From NCBI GenBank assembly GCA_008632985.1, contig QPGO01000122.1, positions 62,001 to 126,000 on the forward strand: 64,000 bases of DNA, written 5' to 3'. The translations under genes were made by a program, and so were the position numbers. This stretch comes from Psammoneis japonica. Lineage: Eukaryota. The notes under the pieces were generated by a model. It saw only the letters and a program-made list of their open reading frames with translations, ran no database searches and had not been told where the DNA came from. Positions 1-13,329 of this stretch are shown here, in pieces (within the stretch, counting starts at the first letter, position 1; the number at the start of each line of letters is the position of its first letter).

Positions 1-1365
1 GGCCAAGCAAAGTGAGCAAAATGTGCCACAGTCACTGAGAATTGGTGAGAAACTGCAGAAAAGCATTGATGCAGCAATCAACAGGATTTCTGCTCTCTGG
101 CAGAGAGAACTGTGACAAGCAAACAAAAGCGACAGTGGTGGCCGTCGCCACAACGGTTGGAGTTCTGTTCAGTTTCTCGTAATGGGAAGCCACAGTGATG
201 AGGGCGGGGCGGGGGACGACGGAGAACACAACATGGATACATCCCACCCTGAGCAAGAGGGTTCTCGTGTCAGTTGCTTCGGGTGTGTAGTGCTTGGTTG
301 ATTGCATGAAATGGTTCGAATTGTCTGTGCAGACCGACACAGCGCTTGCACGCTCGTAATATAGATATTAGGATTTTAGAGTTATATTTCAGTCTCTTTG
401 GGATTTTCCATTTCCAGGTTATTTCATATATGGGCATTAGGATAATTAATGTTCACCAAATGCGAAAAATCTATCTTATGTGACGTAGACAACATATGAG
501 CACGCCCAACTCCTTTTTCAGGATTTACCCCTCGGCGTAATTCACACGGCCAAATGTTTGCGTAGAAGCCCTTGCTCAGGGGTGGATATATCCATCGGAG
601 AACATAACACACATCATTTCGGTGAGTGCATGGCAGGCGCGCATTGTGACGTTTTACTTCTAGTTATGTAGCCTGTGCACTTAAAAAAATAACTGCCGCG
701 GTTCCCGACTCCCGCGGCATTGTTCGTTCCCGCATGATTCTATGGTACAGTACAACCCTACGGCGATCTTTTCGTAGGACGGATATACTGCTAAAATAAT
801 GTGCGACCAGGATTCCCTACAGAGATGCTAGTATGTTTGTACGTAGGATCTTTCCGCGATCGTTGGTCATGCCTGATGGGTTTGATGCGCAGGCTCCTTC
901 AACAGAGACAACACGAGACACGAGCAGAATACTGTAGTCTATTTTTTTGTTGTTGCACACAACGAAACGCTTTCGACTTGTGTCTCATAAATCAACAACT
1001 CAACATATTCTCTACAAGAGAGACAAGAAAAAACAAAGCGATTGTAAAGTAACGGTGAGGTGGTTGTAGCTTATGATCAGCCAATGGTTTTGTTTGATGT
1101 GAATGTGTTCTTTCGTTCTTGCATATGACGAATTCGTTGTCACTGAGAACGCAATGCTGCCAGGCTCATTACGACTACATAAGAGGCCTTGCGTACTTTT
1201 CTACTTTCTATTCGTCGTCTGTTATTTTGTATGCACTGTATCTGTGGCGCAGCTATTGTTTACATCGTTCCAAAACGAACCACAAACTGTTTTCTGTACA
1301 TTTCTCTCTGACACTTTGTAATTCTCATATTATCGGCAGAATACTCATTATACTCGACAGAGACC

Positions 1366-4300
1366 ATGGCCGACGAAGAAGAACTTGCCAAGCTTGGGGA
1401 GGGTGGGCATAGCGTAAGTTCGCTACGAGCTCCATTCGCTGATGCTCCTGACGATGATGCAGTTGCCGAGATGGAAGAGGGCGGAGACAGTTTTGGACCG
1501 CTACGAGCTCCCACCACGAACAGGCCCGGAGGGCTCCGAAGCGGCCCAAGCTTTGATTCGCTCCGTGCTCGTAGTAGTCCACAAGCATCCGGCAAGGCTT
1601 ATTCCACTCTTATTCGCGAATGGGGTGAAAACCAACAGCAGAGCCAGGGGCTCAACCAGAAACCGGGCCAAGCAGATGATGGCCTTCCCGTCTTGGGAGC
1701 ACCGTATCGAGTTGGCACGGCTGGAGTCGGAAAAAAGAAGATTTCCTTTGGAGGCACCAAAACCTCTCTTATTGCTGTTCCCGAAGACAAGCAGGTGCAG
1801 ACACCTCTACCGAGGCAGAGCCGTTTTAGCAAGATTAAGCCTACGGCCAGTACCATTCAGGGCAAGAGGACGGTTCGACTGAGTGTCTTACCGGTTTCGG
1901 GTCCAGGGTCGGTCCGGGACTTGCGTGGCAGCACGCTTCCCGGAGGGACTGTCCAGGGAGGTGCAGACAAGACTCTTAGCTTTGCACCCAAGCGGCTCTT
2001 GGATGTGGAGAATGGCACCTCGATTGTTGTCACTACCGAGAACTTTCTTCCCTCTGGAAGGTTTCAGGAGCTTGGAGAAGACGGTGCCATTGTTGTGACG
2101 GGAAGGGCGACGGCTCCCGGCGCTGCAGAAGACGATGTGTTCTTTCACGAAGCACGAGGATCTCTAGAGGACAGGATTGTCCGGGGAGAGATTACGGATT
2201 TTGAAGGAAGCAGCGAGATTGGATTTGGCGGAAGGATGTGGAGAAACATTCTGCGCAAGATTATTGTCCACCAGTACGACGAAGTCAACGGTCTGCGTCT
2301 TGGCCGTCAGATTCAGTTTTTCCTGCCGTTTCAAACTGGATACGAAACTTATATCCTGGGTGAAGTCATTGAAGCATTCGACGCAGATCGAGTCAAGGAT
2401 GTTGATTTGGTTCTCAAGATTGCCTTTAAGAACCGAAACACGAGTCGCATCATTGTCCAGCAACTTGGGGCAAGATTTGATTTCTTGTGGCACTGGTACT
2501 CCCAAGTCACTAAAAACCGTTGGTATGACGGGTGGGGTCAGGTTCCACTTTTGGGCTTTACTGCCTTTCCGGCGTCAGAGAACTTTCCAGCCACCCGCGA
2601 TCACGCATTGGCTTCCATCTTTCGTGTGGTTCTTGGAGAAGGTAATTGGATCACCCGTCTCATTACCGGTCGTGAATCTATTGTAACGGACAACCCCGAA
2701 GCCACCGCTCAGAACTTGGCTGCCGAAAGCAACGGCTTTGAGTTGGCCAACCGCAATCAGTTTGGAACCTACATTGGTCGGCGCAAGACGAATGAGTTTC
2801 GCAGGAACCACCGCCTACCAACGGACGAAAGTATCGTTCGTACCTTTATTGGCTCCCCAGCATCAACCTTGCTCAATAATGGTGTGGAGCATGTCTTGCG
2901 TTGCCTTGCTAAGCATTTTCACAACATGCTCTATCAGTTCTCTGGTAACTTTGCCCATCAACGCATGGAACAAATGGATCCATTCGAGGTTCTCCGTTTC
3001 CATATGCCAGTTGTCCTTGTGACCTTGTCCACGTTGAGGGGACGCAATGCTTGGGACGGAACGCATTTGGGACCTTTTATCCGTAAGCTACAGAATCTCA
3101 AACCGGCGTTCGACTCGGAAAACGCGAAGTATCTGTGTCGCGAACTTCTCAGTGACATCATTATTCCAGTCTGCGGAGGTATTGCCTCCCGTGTTGATCC
3201 ATTCCGTAGCTGGGTGGGAGCGCTATTGCAGGCCTTGGACGAGATCAATGGAGAGGCGAGGCAAATCTACGAGATTGTTTCCACCGTGGAGGTCGGAATT
3301 CGCCTTGGGTACGATCTAATTACTCAGGTGTCATGGAAGATTCCATCGGAAAAGATTTTGAAAGAAGCGGTACTCAATCATTGCCGTGGTCTATCTACCC
3401 CGGGTGTTGATGCGCATCGTATCAGGATTGCCATGAATCTCATTGCACCGCGAGACAAACGGACACTCATGGAGTTGGTGAAGAACGGTCACCTGAAAAG
3501 TAAGCCAGCTCAGTTGTTGTTGGGCCGTGCCAAGACACTCTTGCAGCGTGAACTTCGCCGAGAGGCATTGAATCAGGGACTCAGAGAGCTTTCAAAAGGA
3601 GACTACGTGGAAAAAGTGGAACGAGACGAGTGGTATTGGATCGAGGAACCCGACGGTAACACCGGCGTTTACATTTACTCGGGCAAGGTCACAGGTCGTG
3701 ACACGCATCGTTTCCTTCATGCCGACACAAAGTATGAAAAGTTTGTGTCGCTCGAGGACAACTCTGTCAAGCTGCGTCAATACATTCCTGTTGCTGAGTC
3801 GATCTCCCGCGCTCAGAGGGCATTTATGCACATTGAACTTGACCATGGCAAGAAGTTTAGCTACAACGCTTTCATGGAATTCAGCTTCTTGCGTATTGCC
3901 TTGAGGCGATTGATTGTGGTTTCGCAGATTAATTGTGAAGAGATCGACAACGCTCGTTTGAACGTACTTCAGGAGATCCAACGTTCCAATCAAGTTCAAG
4001 TTGATCTCCGAAACCTCGTACCGGGAACGACCTACTACACCTACAATTCAAAGACGAAAGCCTACGAGCCGTTCGTCGCCAAGAAGAATTACACCCCTAA
4101 CGATAAAGAGTGGACCAGGTTGTCAAGGACCAAGATTGTCAAGGTTCCTCCTCAGTCAATTATCGTCGTTGGCGGTGGACCAACTGGTCTTACTACTACC
4201 ATTCACTGTACCGAGAACTGCTTGATCAGCGGAGGAACGATGAAGTTGTACGAAGCCCGAGATGCATTTACCAAGGGCGGTGCTACGTTTGAGAGAGCTC

Positions 4301-7300
4301 AAATTGTTCGCTTAGACCCCAGGTGGATTGCCATGCTCCGCTATCATTTGGGCACTGGCTTTGAAGACGTATATATTCCTGCAGGAGGCGAGACGGATTC
4401 GCATCTCGGAAACACTTTGTAAGTTTATTGAGTTCCCTGCGCGTTGTTTCATATCTTTGTACTGCTTCAGAATGCTCACAATTATTATTTTGTCCTTTCT
4501 CGAAATGAAGACCGACTCAGGGATTCGTGGAGATCACAATCAAAGATCTTGAGAATATGCTCCATGTGGAAGTGAGCAAGATGTGGTCGAAGGGTTTGGT
4601 GCAGGTGCATACCCAGTCTGGAGCTAGATATGACCATGAAGAAAATCTCCTCACAAAGATGGGCAGTGCCCTTAAGATCGATGATCTAATTAATCGTCGA
4701 GTTGATAACAATGGCGTCAGGTGCAATGACTACTACCCATGGCGGGTGGCGGATATTGAATACAGCCAGGAACTTAGTCCGGACCAGCTGAGAACTGGTA
4801 CAGAGTACGGAATCTACATTCGTGCCGAGAATGCCATTCGCCCCTTTGTGCTTATGGGCATTGATCTACATGGAGGCGTATATACCTTCAAGTCACTCGA
4901 CCCTTCCAAAGAAGATATTAAAGCTTCACGAGCTTCATTACCAGCTATTTACCCCAAGGGCACCACGATGCACGCTGACATTAGCAAAATTGTCGTCGAG
5001 TGTATTCAGAAGGGTAGCGACGGGGGTTATGTGCGCGACGCTCTTCCGTACAAAGCAATTGCCAAAGAGAAGTTTTCTCTTGACATTGGCCACAGCCATG
5101 TTATAGAGTGTATCGGGTAAGTAAAATTTCATGTGCTCGTATTGTCTATTGCGTCGCTCTGTCCCTGTTTTGACAAAAGCCTCATGATGAATTTTTTTGT
5201 TCACTTTCACCATCTAGGAAACCTCACGGATCGAAAGTTCACTTCAGTACTACGACGTATGAACCATACGGGGTTTGCTGTATTCAGGGCCTCAAAGTGT
5301 CAATGGGAATGCACAACTTTGGCGAAAAGCGTTGGGGTGCGGGTCTTCTTGATGACATTCGTAGTGTTGGCGATCAAAACACACGTATCATTGGAGACTT
5401 TACCAAGATGGTGCGTTCAAGTCCAGTCGCGTCGCTCATGTTCGCTTTCATGACCGACGACAAAGATGTAACGTGGCAGTTGCATTGGAGGAAACTTTGC
5501 GATGACAATGGCTTTCCCGAGCTCAACTCAATGGATCCTGTCGTACCAAAGATCCAGAGAGCATGCGCTGAGCATGCCGAAGCAGCTCCCACATTCCGTC
5601 GTCAAACTCTCCAGACTCGCTTCTTTGAAACGGGTGACAACTACTATCTCGGTATGTCCACAGTTTATAGGTTATTCCTTATTGTCTATGCATCGTCCTC
5701 ATCGCTTTTCACTTTGTGGCTTCACAGGAATGGAGTTCACTCGTGAGTACGATTTGTGGAAGAACAACCTCGCCACCGATGTTGTTGCTCCACTCATGTT
5801 GCAGGCCAAAGATGAAGACATGAAGAAAAGGATTGGAAGATTCAGAGGTATCGTCTCCCACCATATTGATCGATTGTGGTATGATGCCTGCTTGGAGGTG
5901 ATTCGTCGGGGCGATGTGTACAACCCCGGTGCCCGCCACCGCGTTCCTCGCCTGTATTTGATCAACAAGCTCACCGATGATGAACTTGGTACACTCCCTG
6001 TCGGGGAAAGCTTCCGCTTGAGAGACCGCCCCGAAGAAAAGTACGAAGTTGTTATCAAGAAAGGATCCCAGATCACGGTGCGAAACGTTGAAGGCTACAT
6101 TTCAAACATGAGCAAGAAAACTATTGTACGCCGTGAAGGCAACTTGACCCGCCAGCCCGATGGAAATGCCGAGTCTCGCGTTGCCTTGGCAACCTTCCCT
6201 GTTGGTCACTATGTGAACTTCCGTACCCTTCGTTTAAACGATGCTTCGAAAGGCTATGTCTTTGCCTTTATTGGAGACGAGCAGGCTACACCTCACTTTA
6301 TGAGGTACAGCGGTCTTACTGGAGCGTGCATCAACGCCATGCTCTTCAATAACTTCGTGAAGCAGGCTATTGACGGGGTCTCCTTCATCGACCGGTTCAA
6401 CCTCTACTCGAAGGAAACGAATTGGTCGAATGGCGAGGTTGTTCAGAGAGGAACTGGCGCCAACTACGGAGTTGATGGTTTCCTTCGCCCCGGCTTTCCC
6501 TATGATCACGGAATCGACTACCTCCACTCCAAGGTCATTGAGTACATAGAGAGCAATCAGGATCTTGACAACATTGTCTCTAGGGATTGGAAGGTCAAGC
6601 TTGCCGCTTCGATGGTTCCAAGAGGCATGGAGCTCAACGAAAGCTTTATCAGGTGCCTTTACGTGCAACTAAAGAAGGCCATCATGGACAAGTTTCTCAG
6701 GGAAATCGGAAATGACAAGCGCATTGCAAGTGATGCTCAGACAAAGAGTCTCGAGGCCCGTGCTGAGAGTATGGAGGACAAGAGGGAAAGTGCGTCGTAC
6801 AACCAGTACTGGAACGAGTTTGTTGGTGGCTTGAACGCTGACAAGACGACCCTGGATATAATTGAGCACCACCACCTTGAAATCGTGAAGCGCCTCGAGC
6901 AAATTGTTGACCAGATTTTAGAGTTTGCGACCAAGGCATACCTATACAACAATCGTATTTCTTCGGAACTCGAGAACCAGCCTAAGCCAGTCGATTCAAT
7001 TGTGGACGACTTTGCTGTGGAGGCTCAGAACTTTGCAAACTCGTTGGTGCTGTCTGCAACCTATTCGTCGGCGGTGCAAGGATTTAGTCTCCTGTCTGGC
7101 CGTGCAGCAAGTATTTTGGGAGCCATTCTTGCCGGTTTCAACATTGCTCTTGGTTTTGGAACAATGACAAATAGCGCCCGCTACAAGAATCGTAACGAAG
7201 AGGCAAGAGTGATCTTTCAAGATGAGCGGTATTTGGCCGTTCTCAAGGGTGTTTACAGCGCCATGGATCGGAATGCGCAAGATGCGGTTCCTAAGGAGGA

Positions 7301-8639
7301 AAACCCCTTCTTGATGATTATGGAGCTGCAGATGATTACGTTCCTAAAGAACGCCAAGTATTATGACTATGAGGAACCCAAGGAGTTCTTGCAGGCTTAC
7401 AGAAAGCTCACGGACAACATCAACGATCCCACCAATGTTCGAGAGTTTATGGGCTTGCTCACGTCCAAGTTCATTGTCGATACTTACCACGTCAACTCGT
7501 ACATGCAAGAATACCTCGTAAACATCTACAAGGAATGCGCTGACTTGGTAAGATTTCTTGAACAAGAAAAGGGCAAGGCCGGCACCGCCGAGGCGCAAGC
7601 CTTGTTTTACCGTTTGGTCAGATTCAGGCCGTGGTTGGAGCGCTCGCTTCAACGCGGACCGATTCGTTGGGGTTTCCTCAAGGAACGTCGACTTGATCAG
7701 TGGGATGCTGTTGTCTTGGTCAAATTCTTTTGGTCCTCTCTATGTTGCGCCTCGTCGAAGAAGAATCTACCCGGAGCCGGTATCTCCAACGAGGCGAAAG
7801 GACTCGCCAAGCAAGCTCGTGAGGTTTCTAAACTCCAAAATGGCCAGATTCTCCGCCGTGAAATCCGTGACTTGGATGCACTATACTATGCCACTCGGGA
7901 GAGTGACATTGGTAGTTTGATTTTCATGGCCGGCTTTTTCACCTTCTGGGCTAACTTGTTGGCGACGTGTGCCAATATCTTTCAAATCAACACGGACAGT
8001 AGAGCATACCAAAACTTTGAAACTGTCACGAGTGTGGCACTCTTGGCCACTACTTGGGGTGCCATTTTGGCTGCGTTCCACTTGGTGCGCAAGCTGTTCT
8101 TGCTCTTCGGCCTTTTCGCGGTGCTTGGCAAAAAGGTGCGGAACGCCGTTTCGACGGATTCTCGTGATCGCATCAAGGAGGTGCGGTGGGTCACATTGAC
8201 GCAAATTCTGTTAACTGTTTTGCGTTTGGGAGCGGCTCTTGCGGCGGCTGTGGCCTTGCCTTGGGTGTTTGCCGAGAACGAGTTTCCCGATCAAATCAAT
8301 ACGGATCCAGAGCTTCCTGGTTGGATTGCCGTGGGAGCTGTTGGAGCTGCCGTGCTGTCCACGATTTTGTTTTTCATTGTCGAGTACGTGATTCGTTACA
8401 ACTTGACGCCCAAGCTGGGTGAATTCGTGTGCGAAGCCTTTCGTGATGAGATTCAAGACATGTACAATACTCTCGAGTTGCCCATCAATGACATTGACAC
8501 CAAGCAAGTACAGGAGCGTGAAACGTGGGAGTATGTGACCCGCGAGTTTCTTCACAGGTACCGCATGGACACTGTCTTCGCCGCCGACCGGTTTGGGTCC
8601 ATTATGCAGTATTTGCAGAGTGGAATGGATCCGCGATAA
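1366..8639 (+). CDS. Large (~2334 aa) multi-exon protein with FAD-dependent oxidoreductase/monooxygenase-like motifs and C-terminal transmembrane helices; exons 1366-4418, 4511-5116, 5218-5651, 5728-8639
   Basis: Four long same-strand ORFs join in frame through GT..AG introns 4419-4510, 5117-5217 and 5652-5727 (7005 nt CDS). Rossmann motif IIVVGGGPTGL...LYEAR; second FAD motif FIGDEQATPHF..SGLTG; several hydrophobic segments near the C-terminus. Confidence 0.85.
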
Positions 8640-8899
8640 GTACTACACCACAATATTCAGCTTTAGTTGCTAGTCGGGGAATAGCACCGACATTGCATTT
8701 CGAGAAAACAAAGTAGCAACAAGTCTAAATATTAGAGGATTGACTTGATTGTTCCCCAACACACAGTTACACATTACAACTAAAACTCCTAGTACCACGA
8801 TGTTACGTTATCCACACGTTTCTGTTCCCAATTCACTCCCTTTCCAAAGTACATGCAGCTGCTCTTTTGCTAAATTCTATTGCTCGTTTGACAAAAAAA

Positions 8900-11040
8900 A
8901 CTACAAGGGGTGGATTATCGTTCAAAGGCCGTCTGGCTCCCATCCACAGGCAGTTGTGCTGTCAAAGGCCAAAGGGAACTCGCTCGCTGCGCTCCGTCCA
9001 CCAGGCAGGAAGGGAGGGTTTTGACCCTGTTGCAACTGGAACCGTGTTCTCTGTGGCAGCTGGCAACACCACACACTCTCTGATGAGATGAGAAGGGGCA
9101 CGATTTTGCCAGAGTCAGGGAAGAACACAAACTCTTTTTTTGTCAAGCTCAACTCCAGAGAACTTCTGCAGGTGTTTGATGTCACCTGTGCCAGATGATG
9201 GAGCCAAGTGTGCACAAGAGTTGATGGCTTCATTCCACACACTGCACATGGCAAAATGGAGAAATCATGAGAGGTTTCACTGGCTCTTCAGCACACACAA
9301 AACTTAAACAAGCACTCAGAAGAACAACCCTGCACTGTGCCTCTCATCTCTGCCCATTGCTCTCAAGCCCTGCCAAGCAGAAAGTCAAGTGGGAGGCTGG
9401 GGAGGTGCACATGCTCAATTCCCAAAGATGGTTGTTGTCCACTGGCAGCCCATGGCCCACTGCAGTGCTTTGAAATGCACAAAAGCTGTGCCAGAACCTG
9501 CAGACATCTTTGATTTTTTGCCACACAATTTTTGAGTGTGGCCACAGCTGATGGAAAGAATGGCCCTTCTTTGATGCCAACAACAAGCAAGTTTTGGGAG
9601 GGGTGCAGAGCCATCCATCTGCCCAACAAGCACCAGCACAGACCCCCTGATGCCTGTGTTGCCCTCTGCTGAACTTGCTTGAGAGAGTTTGCCAGTCTCT
9701 TTGCTCCCAGTCAAGAAAGTCTGAGATGTTGGTGGCAGCACACTTTTTCCTCTCTGAGCTCACTTTCCTTCAATTCAGTGCTGGGCAAAACACACACCAA
9801 CAGTTCTCCCATTCTTTTGAAGTTTGCTCATCATTTGTTCACTGCAAAAACACAATGTTCAAAACTTGCACCACACTTTTTCAAGTGCAGCAGTGCTCAG
9901 AGCACATCATGGGTTGTTGTTGTCCACATGTGGTGCCAAAGCAGCACATTTTGCCCAACATGACAAAGAAAATGATCACCCATGCCGGCACCAAATTCCC
10001 CAGCACAGTTGCAAAGTTGTTTTGGGAGTCATTTTCTGCACACCATTGCGCACTGCATGTGGCTGGAACAAGTCTTTGCACACCTTTGCTGAGGTTGCCC
10101 AAGCTTGCATGCCCTGGGACATTGTGGGAGAAGCTTTGTGCTGCAGCACTGCTGAATGTTTGTGCGTTGCACCAAAATGTTTGTGTGTTTTCTGATGGGT
10201 GCCGGCACTTCAGCTGTTTTGCAGGGTTTGCAGCAATTGCATCTCTTGCATGCAGTGCATGGCACATCCAGGGGGGGTGTCAGTCATCCAAATTCAAGAA
10301 GTGCACGCCCAGCAAGAGACAGACAAGTGCACTTGGTTGGGGGCAAATTTGGCACTGAAAGACCCAAGGCAAAAAAACACGGCTCTGACTCGGCTCAGAT
10401 GTTGTGAGAACCCAAGAACACATGCAAGCACAACAACAAAAGGACAGCCACAAATGCACTCACTTTGTGACTGCAGATGTGTGCAAAATGAATGCATCAA
10501 GAAGCAACATGCAGCACCTGTTTTTGCACAAAAAAAACTCCTTTGCATCTCTGCCCTTGTTCGAGCTCGTCCTCACTCAAGCTCTGTTTTGAGCAAGGTT
10601 TCCCAACATGTGACCACCAGCACAATCCCACAACACCACCATCAATGCCTCTCATTGTGTCAACCAGCCCACTTTGCATGGCATCCTCCAATGTGCTTGA
10701 ATCTTGACTCAATGGCATTGGCGATGCGTGTGGCGACACATGGCTCGCGTGGCTTGCAATGTGGCTCAACATCTCCATTTGGCAGTGCTGCACCCATTGC
10801 ACTTTTCTGTTGGGACTCCATGTGACCAAAGGGGTCTGGCAACTGTCACGTTGGCATTGCCATCCATGTTGTTGCACTTTTGATGAAAAACCAGCAGATG
10901 CCAAAATGCCGCTCCTCAACACAAGCGCAGCTTGTGTGTGAGAGAGAGAGAGAGAGAGACAGCAGAACCAAGTCATCCACGGAAGGACACAGAGCACATC
11001 CAGAAAGGGGAGTTCCTAATTGTTGAGACTGAATGGGAGC
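8900..11040. other. TpA/CpG-depleted degenerate block, probably a decayed unclassified transposon; (GA)n tract near 10939-10959
   Basis: TA is nearly absent over ~2 kb; the six-frame ORFs lack Tyr and are Cys/His/Gln-rich; no domain recognised. Confidence 0.6.
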
Positions 11041-11350
11041 AAATCATTATTTGGCAACCTCAGTCATTGTCAACTCCTCTGGCCGATGCTTCTCTTTTTT
11101 GAAAAAAGAATGTTGGGGCATTCTGCGAGAGATTTCATGTCTCCTTCGTTCTTCAGACACATTAATTAATCCAATCATGTATACACACAGCGGTTGAACG
11201 GTCGGTAATTGGCAATAAAATATATCATCACGAAGACAAATTTAGGAATTCTTGCGAATTCCAAACTGATGATGGGTTGGGTCTTCTGAACTCTCGCATC
11301 GTCGAGCATGGCGTTTCCTGTTTGCGCTTTCAAACAAAAAAAGAAATACC

Positions 11351-13150
11351 ATGTGCTACCCCAAGTCGATTTGGGACTTCTTTTGCTGTTGCTGTCCTTC
11401 TCTATACAAGGTAGAGGATGAGGATGATGAAGAAGTGACTGACAAGTCAGCCGAGAATCTGTCTCACGTTGGCATTGCTGCCTACCGCACTCTACGAAAG
11501 AACTTTCCTCGCGCCCATCACAGCTGTTGGAACGTTACGAGTGCGGTTGTAGTTGGCGACTTGCAGCAAACGCCTCGAGAGCTTGTGTACGAAGACCCTC
11601 CCCCGGATCATGACGAGTGGTTCGTCGACAAAATGTGCAGCGTCTTGTGCAAGACGCGTGTGTGGTGTGATGTGATGAGTCTTTCGCCGCCAGATGGGCT
11701 GTTTCTAGAACGGATCCAGCAAAGCTTAAAGACAGTCGCCGAGAACAACAAGGACAATACATCGCCTGTCATTGTTCGATTCATGTTTGGGAATATTGTT
11801 GGTATGCCCGTCAACTGTACTAAAGTCATCAAGCAACTTACGAGAGAGCTGCCACCAGACGCGAATATCCACCTGTGGGTCGGTGCATGGAGGAAGGGTG
11901 TTACTTGGAATCATGCGAAAATAGTTGCCGCAGACGGACGATTCCTTCACACTGGTGGACACAATCAGTGGCATTATCATTACCTGAAACATAATCCTGT
12001 TCACGATGTGAGCTTGGAGATGGAGGGACGAGTGGCTCATGATGCGCATCGTTTTGCTAACGAGCAGTGGCGTTTTATCCAGCGTATTCAGGTTACCGCT
12101 TGCGGATGGGTGGTGGATAAAATGCCCGATGGGTTACCTATTGCGGCAAAGACACGAGTTACGGTGAGTGAGTATCCCTCCTTTCCAAAGGCCTCCATCT
12201 TTCCGCCGCAGTATGAACCAACTCTGGTGGATCGATACACGATTGAAAATGCTGTTCCAGTAATTAGCATTGGACGTCAAGGGACGCTTCACTGGCGGAC
12301 AAGACCATCTGATAATGCCATTTTGGCGATGCTTGGGAGCGCAAAGGAGATTATTCGCATGGTGCTGCAGGATCTCGGACCGGTATGCATCCCCGGAACG
12401 AAGATTCCTTTACCTGGTTGTGTCTGGCCAAAGGAATACCTGTCTGCATTGGGGAGTGTGTGAGTATCTTGTTGTGATATGGATGTTCTCGTGTGCATTG
12501 GGATACAAACTTGGTGATGTTCCATTCTCACTTTTCCCAATCGCCGTTGTTTTTGATTCAGCATATGGGAGAAAGGTGTGGATGTAGAGATTGTTCTCAG
12601 CAATCCGGGGAGCATCCCTGGTGGTCTAAAAGCCACCGAAGCTTGTTATGGAAATGGGTGGTCGTGTGTTGACGTGGCTGCTGAAATTATAAAGACCGTT
12701 CAGGTCCAGTTTCCTGAAGCGAATGATTCGCAATTACGCAAAATGGTGGCGGAGAATTTACGGGTATGCTTTTTGAAGGAACCATTGGGGGCGTCGTTTA
12801 GCGACGGAACGACTATGGGATTGCATTCCAAGCATTTCATCATCGATGATGTGTGTGCATACATTGGTTCACAGAATCTTTACGTTTGCGATTTGGCGGA
12901 GTGGGGTGTGGTTGTGGATGACGAAACAGCGACCAAGAAAATGATTGATGAGTATTGGTCTAGAATTTGGCGCTATTCTTTCACAAACACGGATTGCGAT
13001 GTACAGGAAGTTATGGATGGTCTCAAGATTGATCGTGACGCTGAGCAGCAAAACTTTTTTTCCAATCCAATGGAGAAGAGAAAGATGCAAATGGAAATGG
13101 CGAAAATGCAAACGCCTACGCGGAACATGGGATATGAAAGTGACGAATAA
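11351..13150 (+). CDS. Phospholipase D superfamily protein with two HKD motifs; exons 11351-12459 and 12562-13150
   Basis: HxKxxxxD motifs WNHAKIVAADG and LHSKHFIIDD..AYIGSQNLY; intron 12460-12561 (GTGAGT...TTCAG) restores the frame. Confidence 0.9.
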
Positions 13151-13329
13151 GCAGTGTCACTAAAGCAATTAGTTACGCCGTTGATGATAAGCAGCTTTTT
13201 CTCTCTTATGAGGCATGCAAACTTTGTTTTTCAGACTGTGTCTTCTCCATTTCTGCCCTCTCGTCCCTCTCTCCTTCACTTGAGACACATGAGGATCCAA
13301 AACAGTGCACAATGGCCGCTCGGATCCTC

